A stretch of 53,719 nt of DNA from an uncultured Clostridia bacterium (GCA_947305805.1 CAMZEM010000003.1:1-53719), one strand, 5' to 3'; shown: positions 11,421 through 21,408, counted from the first letter of the stretch. The notes: generated by a model from the sequence alone, not told the origin. Program-made: numbers and translations.

Positions 11421-13457
11421 TCACGTTACCGTCGTTTTTCCGAACAGCCGAACAACCGCGCGGGCAACGGGAGCGTATTCGGGCAGAGAATACCAGTCTT
11501 TCTGAGACGTTATTTCCGCGGCAATGTTCTGCGCGTCGGTTACCGACGGCATATCGGCGAGAGAAGCGAGTTTAAGCCCCGTTAGTCCGTGCTGACGCGC
11601 TCCGAAAAGGTCGCCGGGGCCGCGCAGTTCGAGGTCCTGTCTGCTTATTTCGAAACCGTCGGTAGTTTTGCAGAAGTTTTCAAGCCGTGAAAGCGTTGCG
11701 CCCTGCATATCCGTAACGAGAAAACACCAGCTTTTATGTTTGCCCCTGCCGACGCGTCCGCGCAGCTGATGAAGCTGTGAAAGACCGAATTTCTCTGCGT
11801 TTTCAACTATCATCACAGTAGCGTTGGGCACGTTTATGCCCACTTCTATAACCGTGGTTGACACAAGCACGCTTATTTCGCCCGAGGCAAAGCGGGAAAG
11901 GACGTCGTCTTTTTCCTTTGACGGCATTTTGCCGTGAAGATACGCAATATTTATATACCGGAGATATTTTTCGGCAAGCTCTTCGGAAAATTCCACAACC
12001 GAGAGCATTTCGCTCTCGTCGTTTTCTTCAATGAGCGGACATACCACGTATGCCTGCCGCCCTTTCAGCACCTCTTCGCGCAGAAAAGCGTACATTCTTT
12101 CGTGCGCCGCCGAATTTACGACAAAAGATGATATTTTCTGCCGTCCCGCGGGAAGTTCGTCGATAAGCGAAACGTCAAGGTCGCCGTAAAGTATCAGCGC
12201 CATCGTGCGCGGTATCGGCGTTGCGGACATGATCATCGTATGAGGATTTTCGCCTTTTTCTCCGAGCGACGAACGCTGATTTACCCCGAAACGGTGCTGT
12301 TCGTCAACGATAACGAGAGAAAGGTTTTTAAAAGAAACGTCCTTCTGAATTATAGCGTGCGTGCCTATAAGCACGTCCGTTTCGCCGTTTTCGGTCTCTT
12401 CTTTTATTCTCCGTCTTTCCGCGGCTCCGCAGGAACCCGTAAGCAGGGCGACCTTGACGCCGAGCTTTTCAAAAAGAGGGGAAAGAGACTGATAATGCTG
12501 CATTGCAAGCACTTCCGTAGGCGCCATCATTGCGGACTGTCTGCCGCACTTTGCCGCATAATAAATCGCCGCCGCGGCAACGGCGGTTTTTCCGCTGCCT
12601 ACGTCGCCCTGAACAAGTCTTGCCATTGCGGCGGGACGTTTCATATCGGAAATACATTCGTTTATTACCCTTTTCTGCGCGCCGGTAAGCTCGTAGGGCA
12701 GAGCGCGGTAAAAAACGGACATATCAACATTTCCGTCAAGCGGTGCGGACACGCGTTTTCTGTTTTTTCTTTTAAGCACGCTCAAACCGAGAATAAATTC
12801 GAGAAGCTCTTCAACAACAAATCTTCTGCGCGCGTTTTTCGCCTCTTCGGCATTGGCCGGAAAATGTATTTTTTCGTATGCTTCTTTAAGAGTGTAAAGA
12901 CCGTATTTTTCAAGTATTTTTTCGGGAAGAGTCTCTTTTATTTCGGAAGAAAATCCGTCAAGCGCCGAGCGGACGCACGCGCGCAGCATTTTCTGCGTTA
13001 CGCTTGCGCTTAAAGGATAAACGGGAAAGACCGCTGCGTTCTGAACCGGCTCTATAACGGGATTTTTAACCGTTTTGAAAAAACCTATCGCCTCGCCTTT
13101 GCCGTAAAAAACGTATTCCCGCCCTTTTTCAAGCTTTTCAGCGGCGTATTTGCGGTTGAAAAGCGTTATTTTCATCGTGTCTTTTCCGTCGGACGCAAGA
13201 AAAGAGTAAACGGTAAGCTTTCCGCCGCTGCCCGTGCGTTTTGAACTGATATCCGTTGTTACCTCGGCGCGAACGCAAACCTGCGCTCCGTCCTCGATAT
13301 CGCTTATAGCGACCGTATTGCTTAAATCGGCGTATGCCCTCGGATAGTAAGAGAGAATATCGCCGACGGTATTTATTCCGAGCTTTTTAAGGGTCTCGGC
13401 CCTTTTGGGACCGACACCCTTTAAATATGTTATATCGCTGTTCAGATTTTTTTCCAT
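11421..13457 (-). CDS. recG: ATP-dependent DNA helicase RecG
   Basis: QGDVGSGKT, DEQH, SATPIPR and QLRGRVGR. Confidence 0.97.
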   Translation of the reverse strand: MEKNLNSDITYLKGVGPKRAETLKKLGINTVGDILSYYPRAYADLSNTVAISDIEDGAQVCVRAEVTTDISSKRTGSGGKLTVYSFLASDGKDTMKITLFNRKYAAEKLEKGREYVFYGKGEAIGFFKTVKNPVIEPVQNAAVFPVYPLSASVTQKMLRACVRSALDGFSSEIKETLPEKILEKYGLYTLKEAYEKIHFPANAEEAKNARRRFVVEELLEFILGLSVLKRKNRKRVSAPLDGNVDMSVFYRALPYELTGAQKRVINECISDMKRPAAMARLVQGDVGSGKTAVAAAAIYYAAKCGRQSAMMAPTEVLAMQHYQSLSPLFEKLGVKVALLTGSCGAAERRRIKEETENGETDVLIGTHAIIQKDVSFKNLSLVIVDEQHRFGVNQRSSLGEKGENPHTMIMSATPIPRTMALILYGDLDVSLIDELPAGRQKISSFVVNSAAHERMYAFLREEVLKGRQAYVVCPLIEENDESEMLSVVEFSEELAEKYLRYINIAYLHGKMPSKEKDDVLSRFASGEISVLVSTTVIEVGINVPNATVMIVENAEKFGLSQLHQLRGRVGRGKHKSWCFLVTDMQGATLSRLENFCKTTDGFEISRQDLELRGPGDLFGARQHGLTGLKLASLADMPSVTDAQNIAAEITSQKDWYSLPEYAPVARAVVRLFGKTTVT

Positions 13458-14851
13458 TTTACTCCGTCTTTTGTGTCTTCCAGAATGATTCCGCGCGCTT
13501 TAAGACTGTCACGGATTTCGTCTGCCCGCGCAAAATTGCGTTCTTTCCGCGCCTGCTGACGCTCTTTGATAAGATTCTCTATCTCCTCTTCAAGTCCACC
13601 GCTCTTTTTCTCGTATAAAAGACCGAGCGCGGATGCGAGAACGGTAAAGCGATTTTTAAGTTCGAGATAAAATGCCTTTGAGTATTTTTCGCCCGAAACC
13701 GTAATGTTTATCTCTTTTGCAAACTCGAAAAGTACGGAAAGCGCGTTTGCAGTATTAAGGTCGTCATCCATAAACTCCTCAAAGCGGACTCTGAAAACGT
13801 CGAATTTTGCAAGAAGTTCGTTTTCGCTTTCGGAAATAGGCGTTTCGGGAGCGGAAGATGCGAGAAAATCAAGATTTTCCGCGCAGTTGTAAAGTCTTTC
13901 AAGCGATGCTTTCGCCTGTTCTATAAGCTCCGGCTCGTAGTTTATGGGCGTTCTGTAATGCGCCGAAATAACGAAATACCGAAGCGGTTCGTAGCCGTAC
14001 GCCGCGGCAAGATCGCGAACGGTAAAGAAATTGTTTTTGGACTTGCTCATTTTTTCGTTGTTTACGTTTACGAAACCGACGTGGAACCACATTTTAGAGA
14101 AAGTGCATCCGTTTGCGCATTCAGACTGAGCAATCTCGTTTTCGTGATGCGGAAATCTGAGGTCGCTGCCGCCGCAGTGAATATCTATCGTATCGCCCAG
14201 ATATCTCTTTGCCATTGCGCTGCATTCTATATGCCAGCCTGGTCTGCCGTTTCCCCAAGGCGAAGGCCAGGACGGTTCGCCCTCTTTTGCGGACTTCCAG
14301 AGCGCAAAGTCAAGCGCGTCCTCCTTGCGTTCGTCAACGCTTATTCTTGCGCCGGACGAGAGATCGTCTATCGACTGTCCGAGAAGCTTGCCGTATTCGG
14401 GAAAACTGCGCACGCGGAAATAGACGTCACCGTCAAGAACGTAGGCGTGGTCCTTTTCAACAAGCGTTTTTACTAGGTCTATTATCTGACCGATGTTTTC
14501 CGTTGCATGCGGATGAACGGTTGCGCGCATTATATTCAGCCCGTCCGCATCGGTGAAATACTCTTTTATGTATTTTTCGGAAATATCCGTAAAGGCAACG
14601 CCTTCCGCATTCGCTCTGTTTATGATTTTATCGTCTATATCGGTGAAATTCTGGACGAATCTTACGTCGTAGCCCTTATAGGTGAGATAGCGGCGAAGAA
14701 CGTCGTAAACGGTAAACGCCCTTCCGTTGCCGATATGAAAATAATTGTAAACCGTAGGTCCGCATGCGTAAATGCGAACAACGCCGTCGGTTGAAGGTAC
14801 GGGCTCTTTTCTGCCCGTCATTGAGTTGAAAAGCTGCATATTTTTCTCCAT
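13442..14851 (-). CDS. cysS: Cysteine--tRNA ligase
   Basis: CGPTVY, HIGN, WHIECS and KMSKS; start may be ATG 14839. Confidence 0.98.
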   Translation of the reverse strand: MEKNMQLFNSMTGRKEPVPSTDGVVRIYACGPTVYNYFHIGNGRAFTVYDVLRRYLTYKGYDVRFVQNFTDIDDKIINRANAEGVAFTDISEKYIKEYFTDADGLNIMRATVHPHATENIGQIIDLVKTLVEKDHAYVLDGDVYFRVRSFPEYGKLLGQSIDDLSSGARISVDERKEDALDFALWKSAKEGEPSWPSPWGNGRPGWHIECSAMAKRYLGDTIDIHCGGSDLRFPHHENEIAQSECANGCTFSKMWFHVGFVNVNNEKMSKSKNNFFTVRDLAAAYGYEPLRYFVISAHYRTPINYEPELIEQAKASLERLYNCAENLDFLASSAPETPISESENELLAKFDVFRVRFEEFMDDDLNTANALSVLFEFAKEINITVSGEKYSKAFYLELKNRFTVLASALGLLYEKKSGGLEEEIENLIKERQQARKERNFARADEIRDSLKARGIILEDTKDGVKWKKI

Positions 14852-14854
14852 TTA

Positions 14855-15460
14855 TCAGTCTTTTATATACTGTTTCATTGCGTTGTAGTAAGGGATTGCC
14901 GAGATGGCGGTATATATTGCCGTTATCCAGAGCAGTATCTGCGGTATAAGAAGCAGACAGACCTGCTGACCGCATATTTCGGACGGTACGGAAAACAGGT
15001 TTTCGGGTAAAAGCGCAACGAAAACGAACATAATGCCTATTGTTATGCCCTGCATTGTGGTTTTAATCTTGCCCCAGTAGTTTGCCGCCACAACAACGCC
15101 TTTGCCCGCGGCGCCCAGACGCAGACCGGTAACCACAAGCTCTCTGCAAAGGATGATTAAAACGGGAACGGACGAAAGAGCGCCGAGCTCGACAAACGCG
15201 ATAAGCACGCTTAAAACGAGGAATTTATCCGCTATTGGGTCGAGAAATTTGCCGAAATTTGTTACGGCATCGTATTTTCTCGCAATTTTGCCGTCTATAA
15301 GGTCCGAAAAAATGGCAACGCCGAAAGCTATTCCGCTTATAAGGAACCTCGTTTTTACAGAAAGTCCCGCAGAAACGGGGTTTTCAAGCAGAAAAAGAAG
15401 TATAAACGGAACGAGAAGCATTCTTATCCAGCAGATGATATTCGGCAGTTTTTTTACCAT
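14855..15460 (-). CDS. pgsA: CDP-diacylglycerol--glycerol-3-phosphate 3-phosphatidyltransferase
   Basis: DLIDGKIARK...FGKFLDPIADK CDP-alcohol phosphotransferase motif. Confidence 0.95.
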   Translation of the reverse strand: MVKKLPNIICWIRMLLVPFILLFLLENPVSAGLSVKTRFLISGIAFGVAIFSDLIDGKIARKYDAVTNFGKFLDPIADKFLVLSVLIAFVELGALSSVPVLIILCRELVVTGLRLGAAGKGVVVAANYWGKIKTTMQGITIGIMFVFVALLPENLFSVPSEICGQQVCLLLIPQILLWITAIYTAISAIPYYNAMKQYIKD

Positions 15461-15461
15461 T

Positions 15462-16772
15462 TCACATTACCGCCTTTCCGTAAAAATCGTATGAATCGTA
15501 AACATCGAGCCGCACTCTGTAAAATGCGCCCTCCTCGGCGGGATCTTCCGAAGAAAAGTAGATTTTTCCGTCAACGTCGGGCGCCTGAAAATACGCGCGT
15601 CCGCAGAAAAGCTCTTTTTCTTCGTCGTATCCTTCGCAGAGGACGTCGAGCGTTTTGCCGATAAAATCTTTGTTTACGCTTTCAAGAAGCGTATTTTGTA
15701 TACCCATTATTATATCCGCCCTGCGGCGCTTTGTTTCTTCGTCAGTCTGACCGCGCATTCTGCCCGCTTTGGTGCCGTCTTCGCGCGAATACGTGAAAAC
15801 GCCGAGATTGTTAAACCGCGCGTCTTTCACGAAATTGCAGAGAATCTCGAAATCCTCCTCCGTTTCGTGCGGAAAGCCGGCGATAAACGTGGTTCGCAGC
15901 GATACGCCCGCAATGCGTGAGCGAAGCTTTAAAATCAGAGCTTTAAGCTCGCCGTCGCTCATAGGCCTGTTCATAAGTTTAAGAACGTGCTCCGAAGCGT
16001 GCTGAAGCGGAATATCCATATATTTTACAAGCTTTTCCTCGGTTGCGAAAAGATTTATGATTTCGTCCGTAAGCTCTTCGGGACGGCAGTAGAGAATACG
16101 TATCCACTTTACCGTTTCTATTTTCGCTATGCGTCTTACAAGTCTGCAAAGATCGGGATATGCGGTAGTGTCCTGCGCGATGAGATTTATTTCAACCGCT
16201 CCGTTTGCCGCAAGAGCTTCCGCCTCGGCAACCACTTCCGCGAATTTTCTGGGCATAAATTCTCCGCGAAGAGACGGAATTACGCAATACGAGCAGTGGT
16301 TTGAGCATCCCTCTGCGATTTTGAGATATACTGAATAGTTCGGCGACGACAGCACTCTCTGTCCCGCAGGCGACGCTTTGTCGAGCGAACGGTAATGCTC
16401 GTATTTTTTTCCGTCGCTCTTATTTATCGCTTCTGTTATTTTATCGTAGCTTTTCGTACCCAATACGGCGTCTACCTCGGGTATGGACTGCGTTATCTCG
16501 TTTCTGTATCTTTCGGCAAGACAGCCCGTAACGATAAGCTTTTTGCATTTACCCGTTTTTTTCTGCTCTGCTGCGGCGAGAATATTCTCAATGCTCTCTT
16601 CTTTCGCGCTGTCTATAAACGCGCAGGTATGAACTATTATAACGTCGCATTCGCTTTCTTCCGCGCAGATTTCAAACCCGCTGTTTTCAAGCGACGCGAG
16701 CATTATTTCGGCGTCTATTCTGTTTTTTTCGCAGCCGAGCGCGATAAGCCCGACTTTAAGGTTTTCCGTCAC
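15462..16772 (-). CDS. rimO: Ribosomal protein S12 methylthiotransferase
   Basis: LGCEKN, CSNHCSYC radical-SAM motif and TRAM end GRAYFQAPDVDG; GTG start at 16772 after GAGGA. Confidence 0.95.
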   Translation of the reverse strand: MTENLKVGLIALGCEKNRIDAEIMLASLENSGFEICAEESECDVIIVHTCAFIDSAKEESIENILAAAEQKKTGKCKKLIVTGCLAERYRNEITQSIPEVDAVLGTKSYDKITEAINKSDGKKYEHYRSLDKASPAGQRVLSSPNYSVYLKIAEGCSNHCSYCVIPSLRGEFMPRKFAEVVAEAEALAANGAVEINLIAQDTTAYPDLCRLVRRIAKIETVKWIRILYCRPEELTDEIINLFATEEKLVKYMDIPLQHASEHVLKLMNRPMSDGELKALILKLRSRIAGVSLRTTFIAGFPHETEEDFEILCNFVKDARFNNLGVFTYSREDGTKAGRMRGQTDEETKRRRADIIMGIQNTLLESVNKDFIGKTLDVLCEGYDEEKELFCGRAYFQAPDVDGKIYFSSEDPAEEGAFYRVRLDVYDSYDFYGKAVM

Positions 16773-16776
16773 TGAG

Positions 16777-17400
16777 TTATTCCTCGTTTTCACAGTATTT
16801 TTCAAATGCCGCACGAACGGTTTCGTAGTCGAAGCCTTTGGCGATAAAACGGTTGAAAAGCTTTTTCTGGGCAAGTCTGTCTTCGGGAATTTCGCCTTTG
16901 AGTATTCTTTTCATTTCCCTTAAAACGGCGCTGATTCCGTCTTCTTCGGAATATGTTTCCGAAAGCGCGTTTTCAGCGTCCTCCTCCGATATTCCGGCGC
17001 GTTTAAGCTCGAAAAGAAGCTGTTTTCTGCCGGCTCTGCCCTTCTTTTTTTCAATCATCAGTTCTGCGTAACGCCCGTCGTTGATATATCCGCGGCTTTC
17101 GATGTATTCCGCGGCGGACATTGCGTCCGACGGGTCGTACCCCTTCGTTTCAAGGCGTTTTGCAAGCTCTTTTTTCGAAAAATCGCGGTGCTCGAGAAGA
17201 AACAGAGAGTGACGGACGGCTTTACGGACGTCCGCCGCTTTTTTCAGATTTTCAAGTTCCGCATCACCGAGCTTTCTGCCGACGAAAACGTCGTTATCGG
17301 CAATAAACGAAGCGTCTGCGGAAAAAGCGTATTCTCCGTTTACGAAAACGGAAAGAAGACTGCCTTTTTTCTGAGGGGAAATTTCCGTTATTTCAAACAT
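16777..17400 (-). CDS. recX: Regulatory protein RecX
   Basis: Downstream of recA; RDFSKKEL, GYINDGRYA and KGFDYE repeats. Confidence 0.9.
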   Translation of the reverse strand: MFEITEISPQKKGSLLSVFVNGEYAFSADASFIADNDVFVGRKLGDAELENLKKAADVRKAVRHSLFLLEHRDFSKKELAKRLETKGYDPSDAMSAAEYIESRGYINDGRYAELMIEKKKGRAGRKQLLFELKRAGISEEDAENALSETYSEEDGISAVLREMKRILKGEIPEDRLAQKKLFNRFIAKGFDYETVRAAFEKYCENEE

Positions 17401-17414
17401 TTTTTGGGATTATC

Positions 17415-18491
17415 TTATTCAAAATCGTCCGCAGAAACGTCTATCGAGGGTTTTGCAGCGGGGGTGACGGGCTTCGTTTTTACTATATCCGAAAGATCTT
17501 CGCCGTTGTTTTTGAGCGTTGCCGTTATTTTGTTTTCAAGCTCGGCGCGAAGCTCCGCGTTGTTTTTTATAAGTTCGCGGCAGTTGTCTCTGCCCTGACC
17601 GAGACGTGTTCCCTCATAAGAGAACCATGCGCCGGATTTCTGTATGATATCGAGTTTTACGGCTATATCGAGTATTTCGCCGTCGCGTGAAATGCCCTTG
17701 CCGTAAAGAATATCGAACTCCGCTTCCTTAAACGGAGGCGCTACTTTGTTTTTAACTACTTTTACGCGGGTTCTCGAACCGATTACGTCGCCGCCCGATT
17801 TGAGATTTTCTATTCTTCTTACGTCAAGACGGACCGACGAATAGAATTTAAGCGCTCTGCCGCCCGTTGTGGTTTCGGGGTTTCCGTATACGATGCCTAC
17901 TTTTTCGCGAAGCTGGTTTATAAACACAACCACGCACATTGATTTTGATATTGCGCCTGCGAGTTTTCTGAGCGCCTGAGACATAAGTCTCGCCTGAAGT
18001 CCCACGTGGCTGTCGCCCATGTCGCCTTCGATTTCCTGACGGGGGACGAGCGCGGCAACGGAGTCGATTATAATTATATCAATCGCGCCGGAACGGACGA
18101 GCGTTTCGGTTATTTCAAGCGCCTGCTCGCCGTTGTCGGGCTGAGAAACAAGAAGCGAATCGATATCGACGCCGAGATTTTTTGCGTATTCCGGGTCAAG
18201 CGCATGCTCTGCGTCTATAAACGCCGCCGTGCCGCCCGCTTTCTGGCTTTCGGCTACCATATGAAGGGCAACCGTTGTTTTGCCCGAGCTTTCGGGGCCG
18301 AATATCTCAACTATTCTGCCCTTCGGTACGCCGCCTATGCCGAGCGCCATATCAAGAGAAAAAGAACCCGTCGATATTGAATCAACGTTCATTGCGGCGT
18401 TTTGCCCGAGAAGCATGACCGAGCCCTTGCCGTACTGTTTTTCTATCTGCGCAAGCGCCGTATCAAGAGCCTTTTTTTTGCTGTCGTCCAT
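17415..18491 (-). CDS. recA: Recombinase RecA
   Basis: [17 protein letters not shown] and [12 protein letters not shown]; ATG 18491 after GGAGG preferred over GTG 18503. Confidence 0.99.
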   Translation of the reverse strand: MDDSKKKALDTALAQIEKQYGKGSVMLLGQNAAMNVDSISTGSFSLDMALGIGGVPKGRIVEIFGPESSGKTTVALHMVAESQKAGGTAAFIDAEHALDPEYAKNLGVDIDSLLVSQPDNGEQALEITETLVRSGAIDIIIIDSVAALVPRQEIEGDMGDSHVGLQARLMSQALRKLAGAISKSMCVVVFINQLREKVGIVYGNPETTTGGRALKFYSSVRLDVRRIENLKSGGDVIGSRTRVKVVKNKVAPPFKEAEFDILYGKGISRDGEILDIAVKLDIIQKSGAWFSYEGTRLGQGRDNCRELIKNNAELRAELENKITATLKNNGEDLSDIVKTKPVTPAAKPSIDVSADDFE

Positions 18492-18549
18492 AAATTCCTC
18501 CACTGTATATACATCTGTTTTTTTTCGGATTATTTTAATCTCCGCTGTA

Positions 18550-18578
18550 ATTATATTTCATTTTCCGTGAAATGTCAA
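18550..18578 (-). promoter_or_regulatory. Sigma-A promoter of recA
   Basis: Minus strand TTGACA, 17 bp, TATAAT. Confidence 0.85.
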
Positions 18579-18606
18579 TAGGTTTTATCAAAAATCGTGA
18601 TATTTT

Positions 18607-19236
18607 TCAGATATTCACGCACGTTATTCCGTTAAGCAGCATGTTGTATGCCGAAAACGTCTGAAAATCCTCGGCGTTGTGCGATTCCGCGGAAAAAGTG
18701 CGGCATGCGTTTATAACAACTATTATTCTCGGCTTTAAGTCTCTCTCGTTGAAATACGAACGAAGCGACAGCGCAAGCTGCATAACGTCTATATCGGTAA
18801 GCGCGCCTGCGATGATATAATTGTCAAGCGTATCGGTATTTGCGGCAAACCATCTTAAAAAATCGGTTGAAAACATTGCGTTCGCGCAGTTTTTAACGAC
18901 TATTTCGGCGTTTGAGGCAAATCTGTCGAGCTCGGCAAGAATCTGACATTCGTCGTATTCAACGCAGTGTTCGGGAAAAATGCGCAGCTCCGCGCTTTTT
19001 TTTGTGTGATAATCAACCGCAAAAATGCGTCTGGCGTGAAGAAGATATTCGTTTACCCTCACAAGCTGCGGTATTGCCGAGGCAAACTGCGGCGACCAGA
19101 GCCCGCCCTTGCGGAAAAAGCCCTCGGAAGTGTTTATGTTTATAATTGCCGTGCGGTCGGGATCGAGAAGAAGCTTTCTGATATTCAGCGTTCTTTCTGA
19201 AACGATCCTTTCAAAATTGCCGGTAAAAATTCCCAT
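18607..19236 (-). CDS. Isochorismatase/nicotinamidase-fold protein with altered catalytic residues
   Basis: DYH...FPEHC metal motif, VKN, GALTDIDVMQ and IIVVINAC match the cysteine-hydrolase fold. Confidence 0.8.
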   Translation of the reverse strand: MGIFTGNFERIVSERTLNIRKLLLDPDRTAIININTSEGFFRKGGLWSPQFASAIPQLVRVNEYLLHARRIFAVDYHTKKSAELRIFPEHCVEYDECQILAELDRFASNAEIVVKNCANAMFSTDFLRWFAANTDTLDNYIIAGALTDIDVMQLALSLRSYFNERDLKPRIIVVINACRTFSAESHNAEDFQTFSAYNMLLNGITCVNI

Positions 19237-19237
19237 A

Positions 19238-20662
19238 TCAGCCCTTGCACCTGTCTATAAACGCATTTCTGTCCTTTTCACGGAAGACACTCGTGCCCAA
19301 AACGGCAAGCGTTACGCCGGAAGACGAAACAAGCCCGATATTGGAAGCGGTGATGCCTCCGTCTGCCTCTATGTCAACGCGAAGAGCGCGTCTTCTCAGC
19401 TCACCGCGAAGTTTTCTTGCCTTTTCAAGACAGCTTTCTATCAGCGGCTGACCGCCGAAACCGGGTTCCACCGTCATTACCAGCACCGCGGAAAGTCTGT
19501 CGAGATAGGGATAAACGACTTCTGCGGGAGTTTTGGGTTTTATTGCAATTGCAGGTTTTACGTGGAAAGATTCCATAAGCGTTATGAGCTTTGAAATATC
19601 CTCGTCTACCTCGTAATGAACGCTGATAAGTTCCGCGCCCGCCTTTGCAAACGGTTCTATAAAACGCGACGGGTTTGACACCATGAGATGAACGTCGAGA
19701 GGAACTTCGGTTATTCTGTGCACCGCCGCCGCCACCGGAACGCCGAAAGTAATATTCGGCACGAAGTGCCCGTCCATAACGTCGATATGTATGTAATCCG
19801 AATGCGAAACGGAGGTTACCTCGTCTTCAAGGCGCGCCGCGTTGCAGGAAAGAAGCGAAACGGATATTTTAATATTCTTTTTTACCGCATAAAACTCATC
19901 GGGAACGCTGCCCTGAGATGAGAAAAGAGACGGCTCCGCCTGCAAAAGCTTTGCCGTAAAAGCGGCGCAGCGTTCCGCGTCAACTATAAGACATTCGCTT
20001 TCGGCAAAAACGCCTTTGTGCGCAATTCCCTTTGAAAGAAGCGGTTCTTCGAGTTTGCCGTAGTTTTCCGAAACGTCGCCGCGGGAGCTGTAATGGCGTT
20101 TTATGTTTCTGTCTTCGCAGCGGCCGTCGGGCATAATTATTTTAACGGGAAGTACGTCGGGAGAAAGTCTGTCGGGAACCCCCGCCCATTCCTCCGTACC
20201 GCGGATGAAAGACGACCCTTTGAGTCCGCAGCCGATAAAGAGCAGTTTTGCATGATAATCGACAAGCCTGCCTATACATCCGTTTCTCGGACACGGAGTT
20301 TCCGCTCCGTCGTCGCATCTTACGTATTCAGCCGCTTTTTTGCCGAGCGCGGCAACCGAAAATGTCGGATGAAGCGAGCGCAGAACGCCTTCCCGCCTTA
20401 AAAAGAGCTGAGAAAAAAGTCCGCTGCACGTATCTTCGGTTTCGGGATCGAAAAGGAAATGGTCGCCGTTTACCGTTTTCCACGTGTGCGTCGGAAAAAC
20501 GAGAAGTCCGTCGGAAAAATATTCGCATACGGCGTCAAGAGCGGCGCTTATACCGCCTTCGATATCACCGTTTATTCCGTCGGCAGCGACAAAAACCGTA
20601 TCCCACGGGAAAAAATTCATTTCGGCAAGTTGCCTTTTCAGATCGTCTTTGTTAAACATCAC
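19238..20662 (-). CDS. rpe: Fusion of an AAC(3)-family acetyltransferase-like domain and ribulose-phosphate 3-epimerase
   Basis: N-terminal half: PTHTW, RSLHPT, LLFIG. C-terminal half: HIDVMDGHFVPN, DVHLM, MTVEPGFGGQ, ADGGI. One uninterrupted 474-aa frame. Confidence 0.88.
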   Translation of the reverse strand: MMFNKDDLKRQLAEMNFFPWDTVFVAADGINGDIEGGISAALDAVCEYFSDGLLVFPTHTWKTVNGDHFLFDPETEDTCSGLFSQLFLRREGVLRSLHPTFSVAALGKKAAEYVRCDDGAETPCPRNGCIGRLVDYHAKLLFIGCGLKGSSFIRGTEEWAGVPDRLSPDVLPVKIIMPDGRCEDRNIKRHYSSRGDVSENYGKLEEPLLSKGIAHKGVFAESECLIVDAERCAAFTAKLLQAEPSLFSSQGSVPDEFYAVKKNIKISVSLLSCNAARLEDEVTSVSHSDYIHIDVMDGHFVPNITFGVPVAAAVHRITEVPLDVHLMVSNPSRFIEPFAKAGAELISVHYEVDEDISKLITLMESFHVKPAIAIKPKTPAEVVYPYLDRLSAVLVMTVEPGFGGQPLIESCLEKARKLRGELRRRALRVDIEADGGITASNIGLVSSSGVTLAVLGTSVFREKDRNAFIDRCKG

Positions 20663-21408
20663 AGCTTTATCCTTACGATTTGTTTGTTTTCTGTATCAGC
20701 ATACACGGCGTTTATTTCGGGCGAAACGTCCTCCTGCTCGAGCGGAACGAACTCGCGCGTCATAAACCTTGCGATTGCCTGATTTTTCTTTGCGCCGAGA
20801 ACCGATTCGGAAGAGCCCGTCATTCCAACGTCGGTTATATACGCCGTTCCTTCGGGCAAAAACCGCTCGTCGGCGGTCTGAACATGGGTATGAGTTCCGA
20901 AAACGCAGCCGACTCTGCCGTCAAGATAATACCCCAGAGCTTTTTTCTCGCTCGTTGCCTCGGCATGGAAATCTATTATGATAAAAGTGTCTTTGTATTC
21001 GTTTACTATTTTGTCCGCGGCATAAAACGCATTGTCGGCAGGATCGAGATTCACCTGCCCCGCAAGCGACACCACCGTAACGTCGCCTTTCGGGGTTCTG
21101 ACCGTCACGGCGCCTTTTCCGGGACTGCGGGACGGATAGTTTGCCGGCCGGACTATATACGGACAGTCGTCGAGAAATCCGTATATGCTTTGCTGGCGGA
21201 ACGCGTGATTTCCGAGAGTTATTACGTCAACTCCCGCAAAATGAAGCGATTCCGCCTCCGCAGGCGTTATTCCGTTTTTAGGGTTGACGTTTTCGGCGTT
21301 TGCAACAACGATATCGCTCGGATACTCCGAAACGAGCTTTTTCATATTCGCTTTAAGCCGGTCCGCGCCGGCTCTGCCGACGATATCTCCGATAAACAGT
21401 ACTTTCAT
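20659..21408 (-). CDS. ymdB: YmdB-family metallophosphoesterase
   Basis: FIGDIVG, NAEN, TLGNH, DFHAEATSEK, GTHTHVQTAD and TDVGMTG. Confidence 0.93.
   Translation of the reverse strand: MKVLFIGDIVGRAGADRLKANMKKLVSEYPSDIVVANAENVNPKNGITPAEAESLHFAGVDVITLGNHAFRQQSIYGFLDDCPYIVRPANYPSRSPGKGAVTVRTPKGDVTVVSLAGQVNLDPADNAFYAADKIVNEYKDTFIIIDFHAEATSEKKALGYYLDGRVGCVFGTHTHVQTADERFLPEGTAYITDVGMTGSSESVLGAKKNQAIARFMTREFVPLEQEDVSPEINAVYADTENKQIVRIKL

Noticed and set aside
18495-18545. Canonical LexA box at recA
   Set aside because: The best match, AAAC-AGAT-GTAT, has two mismatches to GAAC-N4-GTTC; the E. coli CTG-N10-CAG spacing is also not met.
19870-20662. Aminoglycoside resistance gene
   Set aside because: The domain resembles the housekeeping AAC(3)-like family, lacks the catalytic His, is fused to Rpe and has no mobile context.
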